A stretch of 61,966 nt of DNA, counting the filler, from Nemertoderma westbladi (Eukaryota; Animalia; Xenacoelomorpha): assembly GCA_032718475.1 (NCBI GenBank). It is 3 parts of 3 records of this genome, joined end to end, with 100 filler letters (N's around TTAATTAATTAA, not from the genome) between each part and the next. Parts side by side here need not be neighbours in the genome. Positions count along the whole stretch, not along the records: positions 1 to 25,601 come from JAUCBJ010003780.1; 2 more parts are not named here. One strand, written 5' to 3'. Made by a program: the position numbers and the translations under genes. The notes under the pieces are model-generated. The model did no database searches and had not been told where the DNA came from. It saw only the letters and a program-made list of their open reading frames with translations. Positions 1 through 13,264 of the stretch are shown one piece after another (the first letter of the stretch is position 1; each line of letters begins with the position of its first letter).

Positions 1-21
1 GGTTCTGAAAAAGTGCTGGAG

Positions 22-237
22 TCAGGTTGCTTCCTCCAAAAGACACATCTTTCTAATTGGTCTTTTGTAGACACCAACAGGAGTTTTAACTTTGGTGGAT
101 CGAACCAATCCAGATTTATCAGGGGAACGTCTTTATTATTCTACGTCATTATTCTGCCATGAGTTTCGAGGTAGAACATCTTCGTGAAGAAGGACAACGT
201 CATCGACCTGGAGATTTCCACGATTACGATGCCACGT
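22..237 (-). mobile_element. BEL/Pao LTR retrotransposon integrase C-terminal (DUF5641-like) remnant, frameshifted
   Basis: Manual translation gives WHRNRGNLQVDDVVLLHEDVLPRNSWQ, then after a frameshift PDKSGLVRSTKVKTPVGVYKRPIRKMCLLEEAT*. This matches the typical end of BEL/Pao pol. Confidence 0.75.
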
Positions 238-1233
238 TTAACAATTGTTAATTGTTAACCTTAAGTAAAAGACCTAAGCTGATCGATAGTTTCACACCCC
301 ATGTGAAAGGATTATTAAGAGGCTAAGCCAGGAAAATGGATCTAGAATAAAATCCCCCAAATATGATAGAAAAGCTTGGGGCGTTGCAAACCTGTGCACA
401 ACAATATCATTCGGGTTACTTATTTAATACTCACAGCTAATTTTATCATTTATTTTTCTCATTTAATATTCCCCAATATTATCCCAGCTACTTTATCATC
501 AGTCTCAATAATTTCCATCTAACAATCATTCCTCATAAGATACGATGATTGATGATGGGGAGGAGCAACATGATATATTGTAATATGATGGGAATAAATA
601 AATTTGAATTTGAACTTAATGTTACTTACCATTTCCTATCTACAATATCCCTTGCTATTACTACAGGAAGTACCCCACTACTAGCAGTACGGAGACCACG
701 TTTACCTGCATTTCTTAAGGTCTTCCATCCCTCGTTCTTGGTTTATTATTGAGGTGTCACTACTTCTCCGACCTTCTCTCACTGACTTTCCCCGTATCAA
801 TTGATCCAACTCTTCTTTTGGCAGGCTCTTTAACACTTTTATGCTGCGTGCTCGTACAGGGGCCTCTTCTTTTCGCGCTGGAAACCTAGACTTTGATTCT
901 CTGGCCTCAAACGTCTGGTTTTTGGTCAACGAACGGTGTCTGCTTCGGTTGATCGGACAGTGATCGTTGCAGTGCGATAATATTTTTCAACGATCCCGAT
1001 ACAGTTTGCGAGCGAACGAGAATCTTGTTTGTTGGAAATTTCTTACCCTCCATATTGTATTTAAATAAATATATACGCATATAAATAAAACGCAATACGA
1101 ATTGATACGAATTCGATCTGACACCAAATTTTTCAGCATCTATTATTTATTACCTAATCTGCTCATTTAACTCCGTTTTGTGGGCTATTATTACGTACGT
1201 GACCAGTATAGTGTCATTTTCTGATGACACGGA

Positions 1234-1916
1234 CCCACCCCACCCCACCCCACCCCACCCCACCCCACCCCACCCCACCCCACCCCACCCCACCCCACCC
1301 CACCCCACCCCACCCCACCCCACCCCCACCCCACCCCACCCCACCCCACCCCACCCACCCACCCCACCCCACCCCCACCCCACCCCACCCCACCCCACCC
1401 CACCCCACCCCCACCCCACCCCACCCCACCCCACCCCACCCCACCCCACCCCACCCCACCCCACCCCACCCCACCCCACCCACCCCACCCCACCCCACCC
1501 ACCCCACCCCACCCCACCCACCCCACCCCCACCCCACCCCACCCCACCCCACCCCACCCCACCCCACCCCACCCCACCCACCACCCCACCCCACCCACCC
1601 CACCCCACCCCCACCCCACCCACCCACCCCACCCCACCCCACCCCACCCCACCCCACCCCACCCCACCCCACCCCACCCCACCCCACCCCACCCCACCCC
1701 ACCCCACCCCACCCCCACCCCACCCCACCCCACCCCACCCCACCCCACCCCACCCACCCCACCCCACCCCACCCCACCCAACCCCACCCCAACCCACCCC
1801 AACCCACCCCACCCCACCCCACCCCACCCCACCCCACCCCAACCCACCCCAACCCACCCCACCCCACCCCACCCCACCCCACCCCACCCCACCCCAACCC
1901 ACCCCACCTCACCCCA

Positions 1917-1948
<32 letters not shown>

Positions 1949-1972
1949 CCACCACACCCCACCCCACCCACA
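1234..1972. repeat. (CCCCA)n pentanucleotide microsatellite, G4-prone (TGGGG)n on the minus strand
   Basis: Directly visible ~740-bp array. The PHPTP/GWGGV ORFs are artefacts of it. Confidence 0.97.
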
Positions 1973-2127
1973 TTTTTCTGCAAATATTTATCACATTTCT
2001 GGAAATTTTAAACATAATTAGTTCAACTCACCGTCGAGAACACCATGAAGCCGAAATTTTCGATTTTATCTTAATTTTTTTTATTTGCATTTAAAAAAAG
2101 TGTCTCTTACGAAATCGCACCCTCCGT

Positions 2128-2184
2128 AGTCCCAATCCCAATAAACATTAACTTGGTCGTTTTGGCGGCCAAAATGACCAAAAT
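2128..2184 (+). repeat. 57-bp dispersed repeat, inverted copy at 9443-9499 (probable DNA-transposon terminus)
   Basis: AGTCCCAATCCCAATAAACATTAACTTGGTCGTTTTGGCGGCCAAAATGACCAAAAT matches the reverse complement of 9443-9499 with 2 mismatches. Confidence 0.7.
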
Positions 2185-2455
2185 CACCAAAAAAAATGTA
2201 GTGTATTCCTATGGGCTACTTGGTCGTTTTGGCGAAGCGATTTAACTCGAATCAGCTCAATCCAGACAGTCTGTCTCCTTGGCCATCCATTTGGTGGATC
2301 TGACTAAATGTCGGCTCGCTTTCATTTTTATTATTGACAGATTGTTAACTTACCCGGCGCTGAGCCTTGCAGTACTGGAGTCAACCCACTGAGGCATTGA
2401 TAGAGAACACAGTCTTATAAAAGGAGTTGAATGGGGCTTCGTTAAAGGAGGAGTA

Positions 2456-2669
2456 GGCTCATTCCATGTAAAGTGCGGGACATTCGTACGACTTTTTGTG
2501 CATACTTTAGCACTGTACATCATGAAAATGAACTAAAATAGTATAATGCTTGTGTTTCTTAGAAAAACCAATTATCGGTTCAGTAAAAAAAAGCAGTTTG
2601 GAAAACCGGCAGCAGTTTATGTCTCAGAATTATTGCTTCAAAAAATTGTAAAGTGCGGGACGCATACGA
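2456..2669 (+). mobile_element. Left end of GGCTCATTCCATG-TIR DNA transposon (near-identical to 5866-6079)
   Basis: 214-bp near-identical duplicate with subterminal TAAAGTGCGGGAC motifs. Confidence 0.75.
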
Positions 2670-3015
2670 AAGTGAAATTCTCAACTGTCAAATTCATTGC
2701 TAAAGTTCAGCGAATTGGGTAAAGTTAGTGGGAAAACTTTTGTTCCGTGATGTTCCTATAGATATGTAGGGAAAATAAATTAGCCTTTAGTAAGATGGTA
2801 GGTAACATCAATGAAACAGGGGAGTAGTTTAAGTGCAGCAAAGTCATGTAAAGTGTGGGACATTTCACTGTAAAGTGCGGGACACGTACGATAATAAACT
2901 TATCATTCGAGGTTAAGACCCCTAGATCCCTTCCTATATAATAAACGTATAATAATAACACCTCGGAAAATACAGCTTGCCAACACATTGTTACTTTCAA
3001 TATAAGTTGTGCAAT

Positions 3016-3495
3016 GATTCCTGAGGAAATCATTGCACAATCACATCAGTATGCAATGGTTTGTACAAAGTACAATGCACACATCTCCAACCAGACACTA
3101 TATAACATTGGAAGTGTCTCATTGGTTCCCCCAAGCTTGACACTAGAACAAAATCGCCTCCGCTTTGCAGGACATTGCTTTCGCCGTGAGGACCAGCCAG
3201 TGCATAATCTTGTACTTTGGCAGCCTCATGGAGTGAATAGGCATGGTGGACAGCCCATGACTTTCTTGAGACGCATCTTAAAGGACACTGGCCTTGAAGA
3301 GGCGGATAATCTCGCAAAAGCCATGGTGGATAGGTAGTTGTGGCGGTGCAAATTTGTTGATAAGCTGGCATATCATTCTTAATGCATGCTGCATTGGGTT
3401 TGCCAATTGTCGATTGAATGGTAGTGTCAAAATATTTTTTTTTAAGACAGCATAGCTTCTCATGTGCAGCTGCAATGCAGCAGTCCGATTGTAGT
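3016..3495 (+). mobile_element. RTE-like LINE 3' fragment, internally deleted; same family as 56832-58103
   Basis: EQNRLRFAGHCFRREDQPVHNLVLWQPHG is nearly identical to the end of ORF 57154-58065, and the 3' UTR motif GCAGCTGCAATGCAG is shared. Confidence 0.85.
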
Positions 3496-3725
3496 TAGAG
3501 ATAATACGTATTTACAATATGGCTGCCGCAACCCAGTGTAAGTAGTTTTGCTAACAGTTTAACACATGAAATTCGGTCAAAAGCTTTACTAAAATCTACT
3601 AATATATTGAAAAGCTTCTTCCTAGCTACGGAACTCGTTGTCTTCTGGACGCTTAAGATCATTAGATTCACATATTTCGCTATTCCACCCAATATCTTCC
3701 CAGATAGTCTTTGCAGCAATATCAT
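3495..3725 (-). mobile_element. Degenerate non-LTR reverse transcriptase fragment (different family)
   Basis: ILVDFSKAFDRI...KLLAKL is an RT domain motif. Confidence 0.6.
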
Positions 3726-4895
3726 TTAATAGCTTTTTCTGGCTGTCGAGTAGTCTGGTAGTCTAGCTGTCTAGAGGTATCGGGATTTAGGGATTCGATA
3801 GGGATTCGATCATTGCCGAGGCTGAAAATACGTAGATTTTGTATTATTTTTTCGTCTCTGATTCGTTTTTACCGATTGATGTCTCACAGTTTATTTTTAC
3901 CCGCTAACATCTTTAGTGCCCCCATCTACCACCACCCCACCCCCCTTATGTTCATCTGGTACTGTAGGCCCCAAATGGCCCATACTAACAGAACACCTTT
4001 CTTATCTTAAACTTAAATATTATTATCATATTTTGGACGTAACAAATGAATTCTAAATTAGCAGTAACTAAATTATGCAATATGTTGCATATATCTCTAT
4101 ATTAATCGATAATACAGTCGCTTGTACTAAAATTCCATTGAATATAATCCCTTGTGTTACTGTTACGGTATGAGTTACTGAGCTGTGAGCTTGTAAAATA
4201 TCTCATGCGGTGAAATCCATATTTGCTTGTTTGCTTGATACTCTTTCATACATCAACATTGTTATCAGACACACTAGTGATATCACTATATATCTCTACA
4301 GTGATATATAATCATTCTGTGGAGCATGGCTACATTAGTAGACATCATAATTTAAATTTAAATTGAATTCAATTAAATTAGACACTACAAGCTTGGAAAT
4401 CCCAGCATAATACTGTACTAGGAGACAAAAGGGGACAGTTCGTCTAACTTATGGCACCTAATAATAAAGCCAGTAATATGGCGAATGTAACTGTATGCAT
4501 ATTATTTGTGGCCATACTTGGGGTAATGCTTGTAGTTACTGAGGGTACTGATATTTAAGGGCAAGTGGAATCTGTGTTCGATTGAAGCATAGCATATATG
4601 TTCCTGATGATTTTAGTGTTGTCAGAAACCTGACTGAAGGATTAGCTATTGCCATCACGGATGCTTGCTGCTGCCGGCTGGCTGCGTCTACAGAACACGG
4701 CTGTATAGGATCACCGCTCCCAGACGGCACAAATTATAAAATATAAACTTTATGTGTTCTTTATCGAAAGAAATAAATTTAATTTAGAGGTAAATCAAAA
4801 GATACATTAATTTGAAAACCTTAAATTAAAATAACTTTAAAAATTTAAAGTTCTTTTAAGAACCTAAAAGAATTTTAAAACCTATGGGTTGTGGG

Positions 4896-4943
4896 CAAGG
4901 CGTCCTTTAATACAATTATATTAAATTATTAAAGGACGCCTTG
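4896..4943. repeat. Perfect 17-bp inverted repeat with 14-bp spacer
   Basis: CAAGGCGTCCTTTAATA ... TATTAAAGGACGCCTTG. Confidence 0.8.
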
Positions 4944-5627
4944 GTTGAGGGCGAAATTTGCTTAATATACTGCAATTAATAATCTCTTGTTATCTACAAT
5001 AGTCGGCGTATAATATCTTATAGTATCAATTATATTATAGGTGTACGCCATTAAGTGTGCATTTTAATTTTTTAATTTTCATTTTAATTTTATGATTTCA
5101 GAGATCTATCTTGCCATTAACAGAGTCTTTGGGAATTTTTAACTTTTAGTTGAAGTAGCTGTGTTAATTACAATTGAGGAACGGTTTTTTGAAATATAAT
5201 ATTATGATACAACCAGGAATTAATGATTGATGTTGATGGAATAGGATTTGTGCGCGAAAAAATTGTTCGGCTAGAAACAATTGAAGAAGGGGGGGGGGGG
5301 GGGGGGGGGGGGGCAAGGTGCCCTGAATCGAGTGGCGGGGTTTATATTTTGTAAAAACAGGAGGATGCTGTCAAAATGGCGGGTTTATTAAAAAAAACAT
5401 GCCTAAAAACTGTTCAGTTCAATGTTAAGTTCAATAAGTTTGATATCATGACGTCAATAAATGTATATTAAACATAATTCTGGGTTATCTGGCAGTTTCA
5501 TGCCTCAGCGATGATTTAGAGAAGGGATTAGATTTACCATCAATCTGCAATTAATAATTAGATTTACAGAAAGAAATTAGATGTTTGAAATTAATTAATA
5601 ATAATTCAGTGGGGTCACTTAAAGATC

Positions 5628-5865
5628 TACTACTACTACTAAGTCGAGCGAACTCGGACAGTGGAAATGAAATCCTTCCAGGCTTCCCGATTCTCCATAG
5701 TTGTAGCAATTTCGTTTCTCCCAAGTTCAGTATCCTTTCAAGTTGATCTATATATGTTATGGCCGGTCGTCAACGGGTACGCTTTCCATGAGTTGGTTGC
5801 CAGAGAAGTAGATCTGGTATGACCTCGTCTTTACTTCGCCAGCAGTGCCCACTGAATCTTAATCT
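5628..5865 (-). mobile_element. RTE-like LINE 3' end (second family) with (TAG)n tail
   Basis: Manual translation gives RLRFSGHCWRSKDEVIPDLLLWQPTHGKRTR*RPAITYIDQL...MENREAWKDFISTVRVRST* followed by TAG repeats. It is cut off exactly at the TIR at 5866. Confidence 0.8.
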
Positions 5866-7516
5866 GGCTCATTCCATGTAAAGTGCGGGACATTCGTACG
5901 ACTTTTTGTGCATACTTTAGCACTGTACATCATGAAAATGAACTAAAATAGTATAATGTTTGTGTTTCTTAGAAAAACCAATTATCGGTTCAGTAAAAAA
6001 AAGCAGTTTGGAAAACCGGCAGCAGTTTATGTCTCAGAATTATTGCTTCAAAAAATTGTAAAGTGCGGGACGCGTACGATTTTATCATTTATAAACATAT
6101 TAAATCGTTAATTATTACATTATTCAGACTAAATAAGTGATAGTTATAAACTTTTCAGTGAGATTGCCACATATAATTTGAACTTAAAAATGAATGACAA
6201 TGCAACTAACACTAACCAAAATACTAAACCTAACCTACCAAACTTAGTTGGCCCTGTAAAGCCCCTTACTACTGCGTACATGTATACATACCATATGTAC
6301 GAATACCCTCCAATGGAGTGGAAAAACAAATAGAGGTCAACATAATATGTGCAGTTTTTGCAGTTTTACTTGCAGTATTAGGCACTATATTATAGTGCCT
6401 AATACTGCAAGTAAAACAGTTGAATAGGCACGACGATAGCAAATTTGTTTGTATCATTTATTTGTAGCCTTAGCCTAGCCCTAGTACAGCGTGGTTACTA
6501 CTGTACTTGCTGTATTATTTATTACCTCCAGCCAGTTCAATATTATTTTAGGCTTATGTAAAATTACCATTTAAGTGCGCTGTAGGCCTAATGTAATACA
6601 GATTAGATAGCCAGATTAGACAAGGAAACTGTAGTGCACCCAAAAACCGTTAATAAATACTGTAGTAGCGTACCATGTACTGTACGGTCTAGGTCGTATC
6701 ATATCGGGAGCTTTGCAGTATGCTCCACCCAGGAAGAGGTTAATGGCAGGCCTACAAATATTATTCAGAGTTTGGAAATACTAATACAAATACAAATAGA
6801 GGAATTAAAATTTTGAGAATATTTTATTTACTGAAATATATGTGATCTTCATGCATTTTTTCATAGTGTCTTAATATCAGAGATTTCTATGAAGTTATGA
6901 TTATTCCAGTTGAAGTTCTCCCATCTAAGTACACGCTTACTCTACTTCCTTTGATATTTCTACTTTTTGTCCCGCACTTTACGTAAAGTGCGGGACACCT
7001 GTTTACCACATAACACGAAACACCACAAACAAACTAAGTACTCCAGATTAAAGATGCATATATTTGTGCTTTGCAAACGACATATCATCATTCTATTATA
7101 ATATGTCTATCTTGTACAAACAAAATATGGTGTTCAGCGTAAAGTGCGGGACATAATGATGTAAGCAGATTATGAGCACTGAATTTTTAGACACAACGTT
7201 GTTTTAATTGACAGCAAATGATTTCATTAGAAAATATGATTGTTTTGCTTCGAAAAGTACTCTATTACGTTGCCATCTTCCTAAAAATACTCATAAAACG
7301 CGGTTCTCATATTATGCACTCAGTTAACTGTATTTTTGCAGTTTGAGAGGTAAGGGCGAATAACACCAGATTTCAGAAAGTTACCCAATTTTGATGCGGT
7401 TTTTTGTATTAAATTCGTAAACCGCATCATATATTGGTTCTGAAAATTGATATGAGAAGAAATTATTCACTTATTTCAAAATTGGCACTGCGGTTGACAT
7501 TTGCATGGAATGAGCC
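5866..7516. mobile_element. Non-autonomous DNA transposon with GGCTCATTCCATGYAAA TIRs
   Basis: Left GGCTCATTCCATGTAAA and right TTTGCATGGAATGAGCC. Repeated AAAGTGCGGGAC motif, including a perfect 30-bp palindrome at 6968-6997. No transposase ORF. Confidence 0.75.
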
Positions 7517-7532
7517 AGTATCGTAAGGAGGA

Positions 7533-7792
7533 GACGTCCCGAAATTAACTTATGGACGTCCCGAAATTAATTTATGGATGTCCCGAAATTAACTATATGG
7601 ACGCCCCGAAATTAACTTATGGACGTCCCGAAATTAACTTATGGACGTCCCGAAATTAATTTATGGACGTCCCGAAATTAACTTATGGACGTCCCGAAAT
7701 TAACTTATGGACGTCCCGAAATTAACTATATGGACGCCCCGAAATTAATTTATGGACGTCCCGAAATTAATTTATGGACGTCCCGAAATTAA
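7533..7792. repeat. ~22-bp minisatellite GGACGTCCCGAAATTAA(C/T)TTAT, ~12 copies
   Basis: Directly visible; a partial inverted copy lies at ~7837-7870. Confidence 0.92.
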
Positions 7793-7951
7793 TCTATCAA
7801 CCAATCAGAATCGTAATGAAATAACTAATTAATGGAGGTCCATAAATTAATTTCGGGATGTTAATTTCGGAAATTACTTTCAATAATATTTTTTTTATAA
7901 TAAAATTTTTTTTTAATATTTTTTTACAATGTATAATTCGCGGACACTGCG

Positions 7952-8391
7952 GGGTGACTCATGACCTACTATAAATGTTATAGAAGGTCATGGGTGACTA
8001 CAAAACAAAGACCCAATTATAAAGACCTGCATAATCTTATTACATGTGTTAACTTTCGTTAATTGTTTTGAATCCCCCGTCACGCCTCTGTAACTTGATC
8101 CTTTACTAACCTGCTCCTTTAAATAGCAATGGTACATAACGCTCATTGTGACCTGTACAAAACAAAGAGGTAAAGTCACGTTACGTCCCAAAGAGCGTTA
8201 GGTTCCAAAGAGCTTTAGGTCCCATTGCCAGAGAGCGTGAGGTCACATTGCTATTTAAAGCAGGTTAGTAAAGAAGCAGGTTACAGAGGCGTGTTGGGGA
8301 ACCAAAACAATAAACGAAAGTTAACACATGTGTTTTGTATTTGTACAGGTCTTTATTATTTGGGTTGTTGGTCTTTGTTTTGTAGTCACCC
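7952..8391. mobile_element. Foldback MITE, Mutator (MULE)-like, 9-bp TSD GACACTGCG
   Basis: Long imperfect TIRs (GGGTGACTACAAAACAAAGACC.../...GGTCTTTGTTTTGTAGTCACCC). GACACTGCG at 7943-7951 and 8392-8400. Long TIRs plus a 9-bp TSD are MULE hallmarks. Confidence 0.8.
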
Positions 8392-10235
8392 GACACTGCG
8401 GTGTTGCGTGGGGGCCACCAATCCACCCACCCACACTCAACTCCCAACTTCCTGGACACTAGGATATTGAGTGAAAGCGTCTGAAACTACTACAGGAACT
8501 CCATGACAGACTATGGGCTAGTGACTAGGGACTGGCGCCCTTGAACATGTAAACTGTAGTACTTACTGTACCACCTACTGTACCACCTACTGTACCACCT
8601 ACCTTAAAGTGACCTGTGGGACCAGCCCATTATTAGTGAGGTCGGCATTTCTCTTTATCCTGCCGCTCTCTTTGTATTACAATAGCATACAGCTAACCAA
8701 TGGCAATGGTCTACCCCCAGTGCGGGAAAGACAAGCTGGCTACCATTGAAATGAATAGGGGAATGATAATATGGTGTGTTCGTGTTCCCATCCTAATGTC
8801 TGTCGTCTTGGCTCAGCTAAGCTTAAACAGAGCCACAGCCTACAATAGAGCTTTACCTAAATACACTTCCAGTGAGCCAAGCAGTAGTGGCGGGTTAGCT
8901 CCAAAATCCCCATGTAGGATTTCTTCGAAAAAGGACAAATTGGTTGAGTTACGAGTTACAGTGAAAAAGTATTCATGATTAGATTTTGCTTTGAACAGGA
9001 GAAACAGATGGAATATATAGGTCATCTAATTAATTGTTTAAAGATTAGCAAACAATACAATGTAATTGAATTGATGAAATCCATAAATAAAACGTGGATA
9101 CAAAATGTAAAATCGGGATGCAAAATATACATTTCTGAGCTAAGAAAGGGAATTGGATACTGTACAACTTGTCTGGATACAAGCGGTCCGTTTATTACCT
9201 TACAAAATGAAAAATAAACGTGCGAAATATAAAACAGTAGTGTCCTACTCGAGCGGAACGGAACTGTCCGGGGGGGGGGGGGGGGGGGTGGGTTGGGGAG
9301 GGAATGTCCGGAAATCGAAGCCTTTTTCTATCTGCCAACATCCTGGGCTTTACTTACACTCAGCCTCTATTCACTGGCTGTGATTGACAAGCCAACGTGC
9401 CTCAGAAGTTCCTTTCATGAATGCCGCAATTTAGATTTGGCCATTTTGGTCGTTTTGGCCGCCAAAATGACCAAGTTAATGTTTATTGGGATTGGGACTG
9501 GATGGTGGCCATTCTTCTCATAGCATCGAAAGGGTGTTTCATGCATCATTAACTGAATTACCTATTTGGTTCTAGAAATATTAAATTTGGTGCAAAACTC
9601 TTTGAATTTATAATTTTTATACAATTTTTGATATAAAATAAAACTAGCCGCTCTATTTTATTTTCTTCCCGTTTCTCACAAAATATATATATTCACCAAC
9701 TCTGGGATCAGTTAAATTGTTTTTTATTTATTCTCTTATGCGTGCTAGGAGTTTTTTATTTTTTTATATGAAAAATTGTGATTAATATTATTTTTATTTC
9801 GTCAACATAAAGGATTTATTTTGTATTAAGTAATGTAAATAGTAATTATAGCTGTTAAGGGAGTTAATTTTAATTCTATATGGATTCAAAATGGAACGAT
9901 ATAGTTACTTTATACATAACAGAGCCCTCTCAACCATAATAAATCGTTAAGGTTTTCTAATAACGATTAGTAGCTTTACAATAAATCTAGTTGGAACTAG
10001 ATAATATAGTTCTTTATTAGTTTACCGATTCCAAATCTAATATAGTCAGCCACCTTAACGACCTTCGATATTATATTAGCTACCAAAGCGAAACTTACAA
10101 ATAAATCTACTGTCATGTTACTAATGATTAATTAGTATAACGCCTATACAGCCAATCTACCAAACCGGCATTTTTCCACCAATTATTTCCTCAAATTCCC
10201 CAATCGTAGTCATAGACTCGAATAAAACAACCAAT

Positions 10236-13200
10236 TGTGACCCGTTTGTAGTGTATGATTGGGTACCGCACCCCACCGAAACAACTGTGACCCGTTTGTA
10301 GTGTATGATTGGGTACCGCACCCCACCGAAACAACTGTGACCCGTTTGTAGTGTATGATTGGGTACCGCACCCCACCGAAACAACTGTGACCCGTTTGTA
10401 GTGTATGATTGGGTACCGCACCCCACCGAAACAACTGAGACCCGTTTGTAGTGTATGATTGGGTACCGCACCCCACCGAAACAACTGTGACCCGTTTGTA
10501 GTGTATGATTGGGTACCGCACCGCACCCCACCGAAACAACTGTGACCTGTTTGTAGTGTATGATTGGGTACCGCACCCCACCGAAACAACTGTGACCCGT
10601 TTGTAGTGTATGATTGGGTACCGCACCCCACCGAAATAACTGTGACCCGTTTGTAGTGTATGATTGGGTACCGCACCCCACCGAAACAACTGTGACCCGT
10701 TTGTAGTGTATGATTGGGTACCGCACCCCACCGAAATAACTGTGACCCGTTTGTAGTGTATGATTGGGTACCGCACCCCACCGAAATAACTGTGACCCGT
10801 TTGTAGTGTATGATTGGGTACCGCACCCCACCGAAACAACTGTGACCTGTTTGTAGTGTATGATTGGGTACCGCACCCCACCGAAACAACTGTGACCCGT
10901 TTGTAGTGTATGATTGGGTACCGCACCCCACCGAAATAACTGTGACCCGTTTGTAGTGTATGATTGGGTACCGCACCCCACCGAAACAACTGTGACCCGT
11001 TTGTAGTGTATGATTGGGTACCGCACCCCACCGAAATAACTGTGACCCGTTTGTAGTGTATGATTGGGTACCGCACCCCACCGAAACAACTGTGACCCGT
11101 TTGTAGTGTATGATTGGGTACCGCACCCCACCGAAACAACTGTGACCCGTTTGTAGTGTATGATTGGGTACCGCACCCCACCGAAACAACTGTGACCTGT
11201 TTGTAGTGTATGATTGGGTACCGCACCCCACCGAAACAACTGTGACCCGTGTGTAGTGTATGATTGGGTACCGCACCCCACCGAAACAACTGTGACCCGT
11301 TTGTAGTGTATGATTGGGTACCGCACCCCACCGAAACAACTGTGACCTGTTTGTAGTGTATGATTGGGTACCGCACCCCACCGAAACAACTGTGACCCGT
11401 GTGTAGTGTATGATTGGGTACCGCACCCCACCGAAACAACTGTGACCCGTTTGTAGTGTATGATTGGGTACCGCACCCCACCGAAACAACTGTGACCTGT
11501 TTGTAGTGTATGATTGGGTACCGCACCCCACCGAAACAACTGTGACCCGTGTGTAGTGTATGATTGGGTACCGCACCCCACCGAAACAACTGTGACCTGT
11601 TTGTAGTGTATGATTGGGTACCGCACCCCACCGAAACAACTGTGACCTGTTTGTAGTGTATGATTGGGTACCGCACCGCACCGAAACAACTGTGACCTGT
11701 TTGTAGTGTATGATTGGGTACCGCACCCCACCGAAACAACTGTGACCCGTGTGTAGTGTATGATTGGGTACCGCACCCCACCGAAACAACTGTGACCTGT
11801 TTGTAGTGTATGATTGGGTACCGCACCGCACCGAAACAACTGTGACCTGTTTGTAGTGTATGATTGGGTACCGCACCGCACCGAAACAACTGTGACCCGT
11901 TTGTAGTGTATGATTGGGTACCGCACCGCACCCCACCGAAACAACTGTGACCCGTTTGTAGTGTATGATTGGGTACCGCACCCCACCGAAACAACTGTGA
12001 CCCGTTTGTAGTGTATGATTGGGTACCGCACCCCACCGAAACAACTGTGACCTGTTTGTAGTGTATGATTGGGTACCGCACCGCACCGAAACAACTGTGA
12101 CCTGTTTGTAGTGTATGATTGGGTACCGCACCGCACCGAAACAACTGTGACCTGTTTGTAGTGTATGATTGGGTACCGCACCGCACCGAAACAACTGTGA
12201 CCTGTTTGTAGTGTATGATTGGGTACCGCACCCCACCGAAACAACTGTGACCCGTTTGTAGTGTATGATTGGGTACCGCACCCCACCGAAACAACTGTGA
12301 CCTGTTTGTAGTGTATGATTGGGTACCGCACCGCACCGAAACAACTGTGACCTGTTTGTAGTGTATGATTGGGTACCGCACCGCACCGCACCCCACCGAA
12401 ACAACTGTGACCCGTTTGTAGGGTATGATTGGGTACCGCACCTCACCGAAACAACTGTGACCCGTTTGTAGCGTATGATTGGGTACCGCACCCCACCGAA
12501 ACAACTGTGACCTGTTTGTAGTGTATGATTGGGTACCGCACCCCACCGAAACAACTGTGACCTGTTTGTAGTGTATGATTGGGTACCGCACCCCACCGAA
12601 ACAACTGTGACCCGTTTGTAGTGTATGATTGGGTACCGCACCGCACCCCACCGAAACAACTGTGACCCGTTTGTAGTGTATGATTGGGTACCGCACCCCA
12701 CCGAAACAACTGTGACCCGTTTGTAGTGTATGATTGGGTACCGCACCGCACCCCACCGAAACAACTGTGACCCGTTTGTAGTGTATGATTGGGTACCGCA
12801 CCCCACCGAAACAACTGTGACCCGTTTGTAGTGTATGATTGGGTACCGCACCGCACCCCACCGAAACAACTGTGACCCGTTTGTAGTGTATGATTGGGTA
12901 CCGCACCCCACCGAAACAACTGTGACCCGTTTGTAGTGTATGATTGGGTACCGCACCTCACCGAAACAACTGTGACCTGTTTGTAGTGTATGATTGGGTA
13001 CCGCACCGCACCCCACCGAAACAACTGTGACCCGTTTGTAGTGTATGATTGGGTACCGCACCCCACCGAAACAACTGTGACCCGTTTGTAGTGTATGATT
13101 GGGTACCGCACCCCACCGAAACAACTGTGACCTGTTTGTAGTGTATGATTGGGTACCGCACCCCACCGAAACAACTGTGACTAGTTTGTAGTGTATGATT

Positions 13201-13264
13201 GGGTACCGCACCCCGTCGAAACAACTGTGACCTGTTTGTAGTGTATGATTGGGTACCGCACCCC
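10236..13264. repeat. 50-bp satellite, ~60 copies (TGTGACCCGTTTGTAGTGTATGATTGGGTACCGCACCCCACCGAAACAAC)
   Basis: Highly homogeneous tandem array with +5/+10 bp CCGCA slippage variants and no unique spacers. Confidence 0.97.

Noticed and set aside
702-1095. Two short minus-strand ORFs with a possible donor at 705
   Set aside because: Frames do not join, and there is no recognisable homology or partner exon.
1150-2021. Pro/His-rich and Gly/Trp-rich ORFs
   Set aside because: Translations of (CCCCA)n, open in all frames.
4604-4640. CTGATGA...GAAAC second hammerhead candidate
   Set aside because: No pairable stem II or stem I.
5288-5313. Long poly-G/poly-C runs here and at many other sites
   Set aside because: Homopolymer lengths are unreliable; some probably cause apparent frameshifts, for example in the BEL gag.
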